DNA of 64,000 nucleotides from an uncultured archaeon (GCA_963817525.1 CAWFOU010000007.1:32001-96000); one strand, 5' to 3'; positions 1 through 10,900 are shown, counted from the first letter of the stretch. Notes: generated by a model from the sequence alone, not told the origin. Numbers and translations: made by a program.

Positions 1-1
1 C

Positions 2-58
2 GAGACGCTCAGCGCCGTTTCGGCTGACGAGTTCGAGAAGATCTCCGAGTCGATCTAG
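2..58 (+). CDS. C-terminal end of a CDS entering from the left edge (ETLSAVSADEFEKISESI*)
   Basis: Open frame to TAG at 56-58 with host-like codon usage; too short to identify. Confidence 0.35.
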   Translation, partial: ETLSAVSADEFEKISESI

Positions 59-168
59 GAAACTCCATTCGCCCAATCGTCCGCCTTCGTCTCGCACGTT
101 AGCTGCGCCGAGATTCCTCGGCACAAGGGATTAATGAGGGAGGGGCGTCGGCCACAGGCAATTCGCGG

Positions 169-1624
169 TTGTCCAACAAGGGAAAACTCGGCATCCCCCT
201 TATCCTCGTGGCAGCCATTTGTGCTCGTCCTCCTTGTGGTCGCGGACGCCGCAGGAGCCTTGACTGGGATTGGACAGACCTCGCCTCCCCTCTCCACGCA
301 GCCGCTCCAGTCTGCGGGGTGCAACTACACGCTCTCTATGGAAGGGAGTACGGCGGTCGCGGTCTCTTCCGCAGGAAAGGAGACAAAGGCACCCCAGGGA
401 ACGGATGCTGCCGCGCTCGTCAACTCTCTCCTCGCCTCGCATGAGACACTCTGCTTCACTGCGGGGGACTACTACCTGACCACAGAGATAGCGGTCATGT
501 ATCTGGAGGGGGTGACGCTGAGCCTCGACGAGGGCGCCGTGCTGAAGGCGACGGCCAACAGGAGCGTCCTGCTCGTCTACGACAGTCCCGATACGGTCGT
601 GAGAGGGGGAGAGTGGATCGGGCCCGGGATGGGTAACATATCCACGATCAGGATACAGTACGGGAGCAACAACTCGGTCGTCGAGGGGACAGAGGTGACC
701 AATGCAGGATACAACGGGATCCTCATCTACGATAACGGCCGACCCTCCTTCAACGTCTCCGTCCTGGACAACATCGTCGAGGACAACGGCCGCTACGGCA
801 TCCAGGAGTTCTCGAACGCCTCCACCCCGATGATGGGGACCGTCATCTCAGGGAACGTCGCCCTCGACAACGCCGACGGCGGCATCTACACCAACGAGAT
901 AGCGGGGGTCACCATCACAAAGAACTTCGTCTCCAACACGCAGGGGGACGGCCCCGGCGAGATCGGGATAGGGGTGACCAACGGGCACAACGAGACGATA
1001 ACCTTGAACCAGGTGTCCCACATGACCTGGTTCGGGATACAGGCATACTACAACAACTACACGCTCATCTCAGACAACATATCCACCTTCAACGGGGGCT
1101 CCAACGACCAGTCGGGGATAACCAACGACCACAGCTCCTTTGACACGATAGAAGGCAACGTGGTCGAGTCGAACGACAGGTACGGCGTCTACGTGGAAAG
1201 GTCCTGGAACGTCACGGTAAGCGGGAACACCGCGGACGGGAACGGCGGCTATGGGATAGAGTTCTACCACGGCTCGTGGCCTGTGGAAGGGCGCAGCGAC
1301 ATCGTGGGGAACCTGTGCAGCTTCAACAGCCTCGGGGGGATAATCCTGAACTCGGGGATCGACAGCGTCATTTCCATGAACCAGTGCTACAACAACTCGG
1401 GCTACGGGATACTGCTCTACAACGACCCCGGGCAGCTCGGGTCGACAGGGAACCTGGTCTCGGGCAATTGGGTAGGGAACCAGGCCGGGTCGCCTCAGAC
1501 GCAGAGGTTCGGGATCAGCGAGGGGGATGACTCGGGCGACAACACGGTCGTCTCGAACGTGACGTTCAACAACACGGTGGCGGATGTGTCGCTCGTCCCG
1601 CCCCAGAACGCGTCCTCCCCGTGA
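169..1624 (+). CDS. Secreted/membrane-anchored right-handed parallel beta-helix (NosD/pectate-lyase-like) protein
   Basis: Repeated 'N.V..N...GI' PbH1-type motifs. The signal/TM segment (LSNKGKLGIPLILVAAI-VLVLLVV) is restored by removing one T at ~218-220. Confidence 0.8.
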
Positions 1625-1633
1625 GGGCGCGCC

Positions 1634-2476
1634 TCAGACCTCTTCGGAAAGGCCCGTGAGCGCGCAGCTCAGCTTCCACAGCCGGTCCTGCGCCTCGACG
1701 TCGGCGCTGAGTGCGGAGCTCATCGTCTTCCCGTCGTGGACCAGCGCGCCGGTCGTCCCCTCGAAGTCTGGCGAAGAGGCAAAGTGAACGAGCCCCCTGG
1801 AGGCGCGCTTGGAGGAGACGCCCATGAACACGTTGAGCACGCCCGTTACGGCCCTGACCGCGGTCGGGGCCTTGCGGACGAGCCTCGTTCGGACGAGGCC
1901 GGGATGATACGCGTTGACGGCCACCCGCCTCCCCTGGAGCCTGCGCGCGAGGGCGAAGGTGAACAGCAGGTCGGCTGCCTTGGACGCACCAAAGGCCCCT
2001 ATGGCCCCGAAGGCCTTCTCTCCTTGCAGGTCGTCAAACTCGGGCATTATGGACGAGGGGGCGGAGACGTTGACCACGCGGGAAGGGGCGGCGGCCTCCA
2101 GTTTGGGGATGAGGAGCCGGGTGAGGAGGAAGGGTCCCAGGTAGTTCGTGGCGAACATCAGCTCGAAGCCGTCCGGGGTCACGATGCGCTCGCCCACGAA
2201 CACGGCAGCGTTGTTGACGAGGAGGTCGAGCCTGGGATACTTGGATGAGAAGTCCGCGGCGAGGGCCCGTACCGACGCGGGCGACGAGAGGTCTGCCGTC
2301 ATCAGGGCCGCGGACTGGTTCCCGCTCTCGGACACCACCTTCGCTCGGGCCGCTTTCCCCCTAGCCTCGTCGCGGCAGACCATCACGACGACCGCGCCGA
2401 TCTCCGAGAGGGCCATCGTGGTGGCCCTCCCGATGCCCGAGCTCGCGCCCGTGACCAGGCACACCTTCCCCTTCAT
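1634..2476 (-). CDS. Short-chain dehydrogenase/reductase (retinol-DH-like SDR)
   Basis: TGASSGIG nucleotide-binding motif, NNAA, NYLGPFLLT, HPG; the YxxxK motif reads FGASK. Confidence 0.9.
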   Translation of the reverse strand: MKGKVCLVTGASSGIGRATTMALSEIGAVVVMVCRDEARGKAARAKVVSESGNQSAALMTADLSSPASVRALAADFSSKYPRLDLLVNNAAVFVGERIVTPDGFELMFATNYLGPFLLTRLLIPKLEAAAPSRVVNVSAPSSIMPEFDDLQGEKAFGAIGAFGASKAADLLFTFALARRLQGRRVAVNAYHPGLVRTRLVRKAPTAVRAVTGVLNVFMGVSSKRASRGLVHFASSPDFEGTTGALVHDGKTMSSALSADVEAQDRLWKLSCALTGLSEEV

Positions 2477-2593
2477 CTCACCTGCTTCGAGCGTTTGACC
2501 TCAACCTTCTGCGACGCGCCGGCTTATTATTTAGGTTCCAACGGGCCACGAGGACGTCTCGCCTCCCGGAAGGGAACCCGGACCGGTTGAGAG

Positions 2594-2956
2594 CTAGAAG
2601 TCGTCGCCGCCTTCGTCGATGTCCTTCGCCGTGGCGTAGGCGTCGTAGACGCCGTATATCCAGAACAGCGGATAGAGGACGAGTGCGAAGTTGCGGATGG
2701 TTCCCATGCCAAGAAGCGGGGACAGGCATAGGGCCGCTATGATGATGAACAGCACCCCCTTTCGAGGCTCGCCATCGTAGATCTGGCCGAGGCCGGGGAA
2801 TATCGCGGACGCAACAGCCGCGCCGACTAGGCTCTTCTGCTGCCCCGAGGACTGCTGCGATGTCGCGGCCACCGCGCCGCAATTTGGACACCTCTCTGCT
2901 CCCGCGGTCATCTGCGCCCCGCAGCTCGCGCACGTCTTTGTGAGCGAAGAGCTCAA
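2594..2956 (-). CDS. Zinc-ribbon plus TM2-like small membrane protein
   Basis: CxxC...CPNCG ribbon followed by 'SAIFPGLGQIY.G..RKG' and 'WIYGVYDAY'. Confidence 0.75.
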   Translation of the reverse strand: MSSSLTKTCASCGAQMTAGAERCPNCGAVAATSQQSSGQQKSLVGAAVASAIFPGLGQIYDGEPRKGVLFIIIAALCLSPLLGMGTIRNFALVLYPLFWIYGVYDAYATAKDIDEGGDDF

Positions 2957-3145
2957 CTTCTCGCACGGGGTTTTGGTGGGTTTCGTTATTTAAGCGTGGC
3001 TGGCGTCAGCGCTCATCCCGCGCGCTCAGATTGAGTCCCCCGACCTCCGCGGCGGGCTCGCAAGCCTTGCTTGCCCCAATCCCTAGCAAGGCTCGGCATT
3101 CAGAGCCCAATCGTTAAACCTGCGCCCGAGCGAGCCGACCCGGGT

Positions 3146-3619
3146 ATGGGCGAAGAGAAGTTCGAGGTTGCCGCTGCCGACCCGCGCGGCCCGGAAGCCG
3201 CCGAGCTCATCAGGGCTCTGTCCGCCGAGCTGGCACGGAGATACGACTACATGGAGGACGGGTCGGGAGGTTTCGAACCGGAGCACGCCCTAGGCCCAAG
3301 AGGCGCGTTCGTCATCGGCCGCGTCGGAGGGAGGCCCGTCGCCTGCGGCGCAATCCGACCTCTGGGAGGGGAAGTTGCGGAGCTGAAGAGGGTGTACGTC
3401 AACGACGAGTTTCGGGGAAGAGGGTACTCGAAGGTGGTCGTCAAGGAACTGGAGCGTCTCGCCAAGGAGCGGGGGTACAAGGTCATGCGTTTGGAGACGG
3501 GCGTGCGCCAGCCCGAGGCGATTTCTCTCTACGAGAGCCTCGGCTACCACCGGATCCCGAACTACGGGGAGTACCGAGACAGCAGTCTGAGCGTCTGCTA
3601 TGAGAAGACGCTGTCCTAG
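3146..3619 (+). CDS. GNAT family N-acetyltransferase
   Basis: AELKRVYV...RGRGYS, LETGVRQPEAISLYESLGY motifs; ATG at 3146. Confidence 0.9.
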   Translation: MGEEKFEVAAADPRGPEAAELIRALSAELARRYDYMEDGSGGFEPEHALGPRGAFVIGRVGGRPVACGAIRPLGGEVAELKRVYVNDEFRGRGYSKVVVKELERLAKERGYKVMRLETGVRQPEAISLYESLGYHRIPNYGEYRDSSLSVCYEKTLS

Positions 3620-3771
3620 AGCTTCTTCCTTAGCTTCTGGCCTGCCTTCTTGACGTCGTGGGCTCCTTTTTCGACCGCCTTCTCGACGTCCTTTCCGGCC
3701 TTCTTCGCGTCGTGACCAACCTTCTTTACGTCCGCGTCGACTCTCTGCCTTCGTTTGCCTTTGGATGACAT
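3616..3771 (-). CDS. 51-aa Lys-rich hydrophilic repeat protein (LEA/CsbD-like)
   Basis: Hand translation MSSKGKRRQRVDADVKKVGHDAKKAGKDVEKAVEKGAHDVKKAGQKLRKKL*; AT-rich TATA-like box upstream; below the ORF-track cutoff. Confidence 0.65.
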   Translation of the reverse strand: MSSKGKRRQRVDADVKKVGHDAKKAGKDVEKAVEKGAHDVKKAGQKLRKKL

Positions 3772-3887
3772 CCTAGGGTCTGGGACGAGTATCCGACATT
3801 ATAATGATTCGTGTGCCTCTGGAGTTCGCCGTTCGGAAGTCCGTCACGCCTCTTTTTTAGCGACGCCAGACTTCGGTCTGACCTGAA

Positions 3888-4232
3888 TTGATATCCGGAG
3901 TGCACTTCGTGCTCTACAGCAGGGACGCCGAAGCCGACCGAGAATTCTTCCGCGACGCCCTTAGGCTGTCGAACGTGGACATAGGCGACGGATGGCTCAT
4001 CTTCGCCCTCCCTCCCGCCGAGCTAGCCGTCCATCCGGCGAAGGAGAACGGCGGGCACGAGGTGTACCTGATGTGCGAGGACATCAAGGCGACGATGAGC
4101 GCCTTGAAGCGGATGAAGGTGAAGTGTACCCCGCCTCGTGACCTTGCGTGGGGCAGGCTCACGATGGTCAGGTTGCCTGGAGGAGGCAAGGTGGGCCTGT
4201 ACCAGCCGAAGCACGCTATGGCCAGAAGCTAG
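3888..4232 (+). CDS. VOC/glyoxalase (extradiol dioxygenase-like) protein
   Basis: H..LYSRDAEADREFFRD, GWLIFALPPAELAVHP, WGRLT...LPGGGKVGLYQPKH. Confidence 0.85.
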   Translation: MISGVHFVLYSRDAEADREFFRDALRLSNVDIGDGWLIFALPPAELAVHPAKENGGHEVYLMCEDIKATMSALKRMKVKCTPPRDLAWGRLTMVRLPGGGKVGLYQPKHAMARS

Positions 4233-4315
4233 CTGGCCAGCCTGAGCGCTGCCCCGAGGAAGCGAGACTCATCTAGTCCTGCCTCTAACCAAAGGGTTTC
4301 GCATCGTATATACGC

Positions 4316-4842
4316 ATGCTTGGAAAAGCTGCCCGGGGCGAACAAAAACGTCTTCAAGCAACGAACGAGCTGATCGCACGATACTCTCGACGCCCGACAC
4401 AATCGAGCGGCGCCCGTGGGGGTCCTTCTCGGTCTATCTTCAGGGAAAGGTTCCCACCCCGTCCTGGGAGGCGAGCTTCCTCGGGGAGCTCCGGTCGACC
4501 TACCACCCTGAGGGCGAGCTCCTGGCGCACGAGCCCGGCGAGGCGCTCACCGTGAAGATCATCCACGTCTACGCAAAGTCGCGGCTCAGCCTTCAATACC
4601 ACCGCCATCGCACCGAGGAGTGGTATTGTCTCTCCGGCCGCGCATACGCGATCTTCAAGCGCGGCGGCAAGCTCGAAGAGGTGCCCCTCGAGAAGGACTC
4701 GCACGTCGTCGTCCCTAGGTTGATGGTCCATCGCCTCGGCTGCAAGGAAGAGAGCGCGGAGATCCTCGAAGTCTCGAAGGGGGACTTCGACGAGGCCGAC
4801 ATCGTGAGGCTCGAGGACGACTACAGGGTAGTCTCAGGCTGA
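4316..4842 (+). CDS. Cupin, mannose-6-phosphate isomerase type II C-terminal-like
   Basis: ERRPWGSF (in frame from 4381), RLSLQYHRHRTEEW, HRL, ILEVS...DIVRLEDDY. Start uncertain: ATG 4316 needs a frameshift near 4380, otherwise ATA at 4381. Confidence 0.8.
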
Positions 4843-5301
4843 CCAGGCCCGGGGCGACGCAAGAGGTCGCGAAGACCGGGCCGCATGCCGACTGGTCTGC
4901 GAAGCGGCCAGCTCTGCGAGCGGCAGCCCGCTTGAATACTTAATCATCACTCAGGTCTAATTATATGTAATTACATTATCCCTTTCGTACCTTCGTCATG
5001 CAAAGGTATGGCTTCCAGAGGCGGCGGATTCTCCGCCACCCTGGGGTCTCTAGCTTACGTGGATCGGGTCGACATCGTGCCGTTGGAGCCCTCAAACGCA
5101 AAAGTATTGAAGACGGGAAACCCGGTCTCTCGCCGAATCGCAGCCGAACGCCTTCCGTGAGGCCGGACAGGAAGGAGCTGGTCTTGGGCGGGCGAGGGAT
5201 GTCTTTTGCCTGTGACGGGCAGGATTTGACTTGCTCGCCCTGCTCGGCCACGACTCGACGGCTGGGCGTTCCGCTACTGAGCTTGTCCCTGCAGGAAAAG
5301 A

Positions 5302-6456
5302 CTACGCGAATGCCTGGCGGGCCCACTTCCATACGACTATTCCGATTGCGAGCCCCGCGAGCGCTATCACCAGAATCGTTGCAAGGGCGTCGTCGCCTAT
5401 CCCGGGTATGAGGCTTCCCCGCGACAGTTGACTTGTTGAGGCTACGGCAGAGTTTGCAAATGGCTGGATTTCCGAGACGGTGTCTCCGCCCCCATTGGCC
5501 ACGAATAGCTCATCCTTTGAGGAGTCGTAGGCCACGGCGACGGGACCCGTTCCCACGCTCACCCTCGAGATTGTCTGGAAGGGGGCCGCACCAGAGATGA
5601 CCGAGACGGCGTTGTCATGATAATCGGTGGCGAACAGCTCGCCCGTGGAGGAGTCAACGGCGACCTCTGTGGGGCCGCCCGCCACGTTCACCGTAGCCAC
5701 GACTGCGTCGGTCGCGTCGGAGATGACCGAGATGTTGCCGTCTTGATAATCCGCCACGAAGACGTCACCGTTGGAAGGGTCGTAAGTGATGTCCCAGGGG
5801 CCATTTCCGACGCCGACCGTCTTGACCACGGTATCGTTGGCGTCGGAGATGACCGAGACGGTGTGGTCGCCATAGTTGGTCACGAAGATTTCGCCTTTAG
5901 CGGGATCGTAGGTCACCCCGCGCGGACTATCTCCGACGTCCACCGTAGCCACAATGTCGTTGTTGGCATCAGAGATGACCGAGACCGTTCGGTTGCCGAA
6001 ATTGGAGACGAAGATTTCTCCTGCGGAAGCGTCATAGGCGATGCCGCGAGGACCGGCTCCCACGCCAATTGTTGCGACGACTACGTTGTCGGAGTCGGAG
6101 ATGACGGAAATGGTGTTGTCCAGGCTGTTGGTCACGAAGACCTCTCCCTTCGCGGGATCATAGGCGACGCCAAACGGCCACCTCCCCACACCTACGGTCG
6201 CCACGACCTCGTTGGTGATGTCGGATATCACCGACACTGTGCCAGGCACAAAGGGCGGCCCTAACCAAGCCCCATTCGCGACGAAGATCTCGCCTCTGGC
6301 AGTATCGTAGGCGACGTCCCAGGGATGATTTCCCACGCCCACCGTAGAGACCACGGTTTGGGCGTGCGCGAACGGCGCGACCATTACCGACAATAGAACG
6401 AGGGGCACCAAAAGGCGCGAAGCCACCCCAAAGCGGCTATGCTTGCTCTTGGCCAT
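5302..6456 (-). CDS. YVTN/YncE-type beta-propeller surface protein with signal peptide and C-terminal TM anchor
   Basis: About 7 repeats of 'VG..P.GVAYD...GEIFVTN....TVSVIS'; hydrophobic N- and C-termini. Confidence 0.9.
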   Translation of the reverse strand: MAKSKHSRFGVASRLLVPLVLLSVMVAPFAHAQTVVSTVGVGNHPWDVAYDTARGEIFVANGAWLGPPFVPGTVSVISDITNEVVATVGVGRWPFGVAYDPAKGEVFVTNSLDNTISVISDSDNVVVATIGVGAGPRGIAYDASAGEIFVSNFGNRTVSVISDANNDIVATVDVGDSPRGVTYDPAKGEIFVTNYGDHTVSVISDANDTVVKTVGVGNGPWDITYDPSNGDVFVADYQDGNISVISDATDAVVATVNVAGGPTEVAVDSSTGELFATDYHDNAVSVISGAAPFQTISRVSVGTGPVAVAYDSSKDELFVANGGGDTVSEIQPFANSAVASTSQLSRGSLIPGIGDDALATILVIALAGLAIGIVVWKWARQAFA

Positions 6457-6599
6457 TGGAGCTCTTGGGCAGGCGAAGGAATAGCAGAATCTCGTCGGGA
6501 AGGGTCTCAGGAGAAAGCCGCGCTGCGGAATCAACTCTCCAAAGCATCACCGGCTCTAGCCGCGCGACTAGTAGTCGAACTTCTGTCCTGTCGTTCTCG

Positions 6600-6755
6600 T
6601 CAGACACGCTTGGCGCGCGACCTCTTGGTCCTGCGTGCGGCAATCCATGCATCCACTATTCCGTTTAGCCACGCATTAATTTCTGGTTCAGGCTGTGCGA
6701 GCTTGGCTCTGAGGTATGACAAGTCCTCCATGTGCTCCTCCTCTGAACGCTTCAT
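6600..6755 (-). CDS. Small hypothetical protein (51 aa)
   Basis: ATG at 6755 preceded by a TTATAT TATA-like box ~6780. Confidence 0.4.
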   Translation of the reverse strand: MKRSEEEHMEDLSYLRAKLAQPEPEINAWLNGIVDAWIAARRTKRSRAKRV

Positions 6756-6843
6756 CTTATGTAAAAAGGAGGAGGGGAAATATAAGCGCACATCCCGTGC
6801 GACAGAAACAGAGAAGCTTCCGGCCTTGGGAGGCCAGACCCGT

Positions 6844-6905
6844 CTAGGTCCCTGTGATCGGCTGGATGTGGACTTCCTCGCCGTGCTCGCCCACAGCGCA
6901 TCCGC
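6844..6905 (-). repeat. Displaced copy of the 3' end of tes (GCAVGEHGEEVHIQPITGT*)
   Basis: Direct repeat of 11864-11925; differences mostly at third codon positions; ends at TAG. Confidence 0.9.
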
Positions 6906-7121
6906 CTCTCCGATCATTGTCGGGTACGGCAGAGAGAAGCTTGGTTCGGCTGTCGCCTCATGGAGCTTATCGCCGAGTATTGGCACGCCCTTCCTAGCTC
7001 ACGGAGCGTTTCGACTTTTCGACAAGAGATTAATAGAGCACTCCGTGTTGGCTGCCCGGGCCTCGGGGTCACCCGACGATTTGATGACGAAGGCGGGGTG
7101 CCCCGGCCCGGGCGGCCATTT

Positions 7122-7161
7122 TTGAAAAGCGAAAAAGGGGAGATGCCCCCGGTGGGGGGCC
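7122..7161 (-). terminator. Putative terminator after the PQQ-like gene
   Basis: Minus strand GCCCCC-CACC-GGGGGC hairpin followed by T-rich tract CTTTTTCGCTTTTC. Confidence 0.5.
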
Positions 7162-7177
7162 TGTTTTGGTTGTGCCT

Positions 7178-9706
7178 CTAGGAGGCGGGCTTCCTGCCAC
7201 GCATGGCAAGATAGCCCGTAGCGATGATGAAGATCACGGCGACTATGGCTACTGCGTATAGCGCTGTGTTGCTGCTTGATGATGTGGATGTAGAGGTGAC
7301 CGTGGTAGTTGCACCGCTCATGGTGACCGTGGTTGTCTGCCCGTTGGCTCCGGTCGTTACCGTGACGGTAGCGCCTGAGGCCGTGGAAGTGGTTGTGGAT
7401 ACTGCCGTCGTTGTCGACACTGATGTAGTCGTGGATGTTGCTGTCACCGTGGTGGTGCTAGTGCTCGCGGTGGAAGGCGGGAGGTTCTGCAGGGTCAGGG
7501 CCACGATGTCTCCTGGCGTTGTGCCTGGACATGTCGAGACGGCCTCGAAGCTGCAAGTCCCTACTGGTACGAGGAGGTACTCCTGCCCGCCGACGGACGC
7601 TCCGATCGTCACGCCTTGGTCCATTGGCGCGCCGATGTAGTAGTCTCTGATCAGCGCGCCTGTCGCGGCGTTGACCATAGTGATGTCGCCCGAGGAAAGG
7701 ACGTTGTAGACGACGTTACCGCTGACGTCGGTCTGTCCACGGTATCCCTGCAAGGACCCTACGGGGTAGTGCCAGTTGAGGACCCCGGTCTGTGCGTTGA
7801 TGGACCACAGCGTGGCGTTGTTGTAGAGGACTCCGCAGCTCGGACACGGCACACCTCCTTCGCCTGTCGAGGAGAAGTAGGTGGACGCGTTGAGCCCGAA
7901 GTAGCCCATGTAGCTGGGTACCACGTGCGAAGTCGGGAAGATGGTGTTGCTCCCTGCGTCGAACGCCTGCTCGTCCTCGAAGCCGGCCAGTTCAGATGGC
8001 CACTGGAGGAACGGAGGCTGCGAGCCCCTGTCACAAGCGATGGTGTATGCCGGGTAGCAGTTGGTGAGTGCGGACGGGAAGTCGATGCCGGTCTGGGACG
8101 CGTTCATCGGGTTCATCGGGTAGCAGACTGGACATCTGCTAGGCCCGGAGGTCTCGATGTTAGCGGGCGGATCCCACGCCCAGATCAAGTTGCCTGTGAG
8201 GGCATTGATCTCGAAGAGGTATCCGTCCTTGCACGTCTTCAGGATGACCTCGGTGTTGACGCCCGAGACGGTCTCGTTGGCTAGGGCTTGCCACCAGGAG
8301 CAGTCGTAGTCCCAGACGTCGTGTGTGGTGGTCTGGAAGCCCCAGACTATCTGGCCTGTGGTGATGTTGAGTCCGAGGACTGAAGCTGACCAGAGGTCAG
8401 GTCCTGGGTCGCAAGGCCCAGTGAACGGGTCCTTGTTGTTCGTCCCTAGGAAGACCATTCCCTCTGATTGGCCGGAGCCCACTATCCAGGCGCCGCCCCA
8501 AGCGGAGCCTGTGGAGCCCGTGGAGCCGCCGCCGTCGATGGCGAGGCACTGGGCCGTCTGGTCGGACTGTCCCCAGTCGTTGTAGAGAGTGGTGTTGAGC
8601 TGAGTTGCCGACAGCGCCTTCCAGTTGACGACGATGTCGTCGTTGACGTTCATCAGCGTTCCTCCTGCCACCTCCGTCGGAGTCGTGTACCCGTTGGTAG
8701 AGCCGTTCTCACCAGGGTAGAAGGTCGTCGCGGTGGTCATGTTGGCGATGAGCTGCTGGTCGAAGTACGGGTTGAGAGAAGCGGTCGGGCTGCCCGGCTG
8801 AGGTGGGACGTCGTACGTGATCCACTTCATGGTCACCGGGTTGGTGTTCAGGTTCCACCCTGCGAAGAAGCCTCTTCCGTTGTCGGCGTCGATCTCAGCG
8901 TCGTGGCCAGAGACTAGGATGCCTAGCTGCTGGTTGATGACGATGTTCGAAGCGCCGATCCCGTTGTAGATGCTCTGCGGGTTGTTGCCTGCCACCATGT
9001 TGAGCCCGGTGAAGTCGCTGAAGTTCAGCTCATGGTCACCGTTCAAGGCGTTGATTGCATAGACCCTGTTGTTCTCACCCTGGTACCACAGCGTCGGGCC
9101 GGACACGCCGGAGCCGAACGTCGCTGTGGAGAACCACTCGTTGCCGTCGTGGTCGTGCAGCGGGACCGGGCCTGTTGCCTGACCCGAGGTCTGGTTGACC
9201 GCGAGGGGCGACTGGTCGGTCCAGAGCACGTCGCCGTTGGCGACGTTGAACGCTATGGTCTCGTCGAAGTTTGTGGTGGCGAACGCCGTGCCGTTGACGA
9301 CGATTATCGCCATGCCTATCCCGGGACCGCCGATGCCGCCCGAGAGGGGCGTCAGGGAGGTCGGGACGTTAGGCAGCGGGTAGAGCCAGGCCAGTCCGAG
9401 ATACTGGACGTTGGAGCTGTTGATCTGTGTCTGCGGGTTGTAGTCCTGGTTGAAGGCGTTGCCGTTCGGGAACTCCCAGTTGGCCTCCGCCTGCGTCAGC
9501 GCTGGCTGGGCTGCGACGGGTGCCGCGGCCGAGGGCGCTGCAGTGTTGGGCGTAGCTGCGGCTGGATTGAGGAGCACTGACGCTCCGATTCCTGAGACGA
9601 TGAAAAGAAGACTTAGTGCGATTGCGCGGATTGATGTGTTGCTTAATGTTTTCTTAATACTTTTCGTAAATTCGTTCGTGTTTCGTTTCGATAATACGTT
9701 AGTCAT
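7178..9706 (-). CDS. Membrane-anchored PQQ-dependent dehydrogenase-like beta-propeller protein
   Basis: GPDLWSASVLGLN..TG.IVWGFQ...HDVWDYD, KDGYLFEINALTG; signal peptide, Thr/Ser linker, C-terminal TM. Confidence 0.8.
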   Translation of the reverse strand: MTNVLSKRNTNEFTKSIKKTLSNTSIRAIALSLLFIVSGIGASVLLNPAAATPNTAAPSAAAPVAAQPALTQAEANWEFPNGNAFNQDYNPQTQINSSNVQYLGLAWLYPLPNVPTSLTPLSGGIGGPGIGMAIIVVNGTAFATTNFDETIAFNVANGDVLWTDQSPLAVNQTSGQATGPVPLHDHDGNEWFSTATFGSGVSGPTLWYQGENNRVYAINALNGDHELNFSDFTGLNMVAGNNPQSIYNGIGASNIVINQQLGILVSGHDAEIDADNGRGFFAGWNLNTNPVTMKWITYDVPPQPGSPTASLNPYFDQQLIANMTTATTFYPGENGSTNGYTTPTEVAGGTLMNVNDDIVVNWKALSATQLNTTLYNDWGQSDQTAQCLAIDGGGSTGSTGSAWGGAWIVGSGQSEGMVFLGTNNKDPFTGPCDPGPDLWSASVLGLNITTGQIVWGFQTTTHDVWDYDCSWWQALANETVSGVNTEVILKTCKDGYLFEINALTGNLIWAWDPPANIETSGPSRCPVCYPMNPMNASQTGIDFPSALTNCYPAYTIACDRGSQPPFLQWPSELAGFEDEQAFDAGSNTIFPTSHVVPSYMGYFGLNASTYFSSTGEGGVPCPSCGVLYNNATLWSINAQTGVLNWHYPVGSLQGYRGQTDVSGNVVYNVLSSGDITMVNAATGALIRDYYIGAPMDQGVTIGASVGGQEYLLVPVGTCSFEAVSTCPGTTPGDIVALTLQNLPPSTASTSTTTVTATSTTTSVSTTTAVSTTTSTASGATVTVTTGANGQTTTVTMSGATTTVTSTSTSSSSNTALYAVAIVAVIFIIATGYLAMRGRKPAS

Positions 9707-9958
9707 CCGTAACAAAAAAGTCGAGCAATCGGATATTATGCATTCGCCGCGACATGGTAGCAGATTCCGACACGAGAAGGGGCGGCATTCGTATTCCCCG
9801 ACTGGGATTAGGTGGACAAGCCATCCGTGCTAGCGCATGGCGCGCCAGTAGGCGGGGGCGCCGACACGGGGAGGCTCGCAAGGCTGACTCGAGCCTATAG
9901 CAGGGATACTGACTGCCTCCGTCTTCATTGCAGCGCTGACGAGACCAATGCCAGTTTT

Positions 9959-10900
9959 TCAGTTCGGCCGGCGCGGCGACGGGCCTTGACCTTGCCTGGC
10001 AATGATTTCATCCAGCGCGTTTTCATAAAGGCTAAGGCTATCGTATTTGAAATTCAATTGCAATTCTTTGACTCCACGCAGGCTGCGGGTCCAATCGACA
10101 ATCTCCTTTACGACATGGATGTTGGGGATGATGAACTCGAAATAGCCATGGCTTGCACTTCCCCATCCAGCCCGAAGGATGTAGTCCTCGAATCTTCCGA
10201 ATATTATTCGGTCTACCTCGCGTTTGAACTCATCTGAGGCGTAGGACACAAAGAGAGAGACTGACGATGCACCCTCAAAGCGACTGACATCGATTATTGG
10301 TCGAAAGAAGATGGCCTTGCTCATGGCGAGCTTCTTGAGCCTCCTCTGGACTGTCCTGCTCGAAATCCCAAGCTTGTCGGCCACCTCGGAGTATCGAATC
10401 AACGGATTCGGTCTGAACGCATTGATGACTCGCCAGTCCGTGCGACTCAACTGGACCTCTGGTTGTGGGTAGTTCACCGCATATGTCGTCAACTCTTTCG
10501 TTCCGGCCAACTCTGAGATTAGTTCGATCCTATTTCTGAAGACAAGTTCGTTTTCGCAGATTATTCCAATACCGAGGGTGTCTACGACCTCGAAGGCGAT
10601 TGATGTAACACCTTGGACAAGCATGATCTTGCGGACTGCGTCCTGTGTTCCCAGCTGCGGACTCACCGTTACTCGGGCGCCGTATAATTTGAGCCCCAGG
10701 ACGCCCGGATTAACCACGAGTTGCCACCCTCGAAATATTCCTGCAGATTCCAATCTGTCTACTCGCTTCCTGACGGTGTCTTCGTCCAGAACTAGCGTCT
10801 TCGCGATCCTTCCAAAGACACCTTGCAACACGGGTTGGCTTCCAATGCTGGAAGTCCCACGGGACAGCCCCCCGAGCACCTTGATGTCGATGCGGTCCAA
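9959..10900 (-). CDS. Tandem Lrp/AsnC winged-helix transcriptional regulator
   Basis: Two HTH modules (MDRIDIKVL...IAKTL.LDEDTVRKRVDRL; LSRTDWRVI...YSEVADKLGISSRTVQRRLKKL). Confidence 0.85.
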   Translation of the reverse strand: MDRIDIKVLGGLSRGTSSIGSQPVLQGVFGRIAKTLVLDEDTVRKRVDRLESAGIFRGWQLVVNPGVLGLKLYGARVTVSPQLGTQDAVRKIMLVQGVTSIAFEVVDTLGIGIICENELVFRNRIELISELAGTKELTTYAVNYPQPEVQLSRTDWRVINAFRPNPLIRYSEVADKLGISSRTVQRRLKKLAMSKAIFFRPIIDVSRFEGASSVSLFVSYASDEFKREVDRIIFGRFEDYILRAGWGSASHGYFEFIIPNIHVVKEIVDWTRSLRGVKELQLNFKYDSLSLYENALDEIIARQGQGPSPRRPN

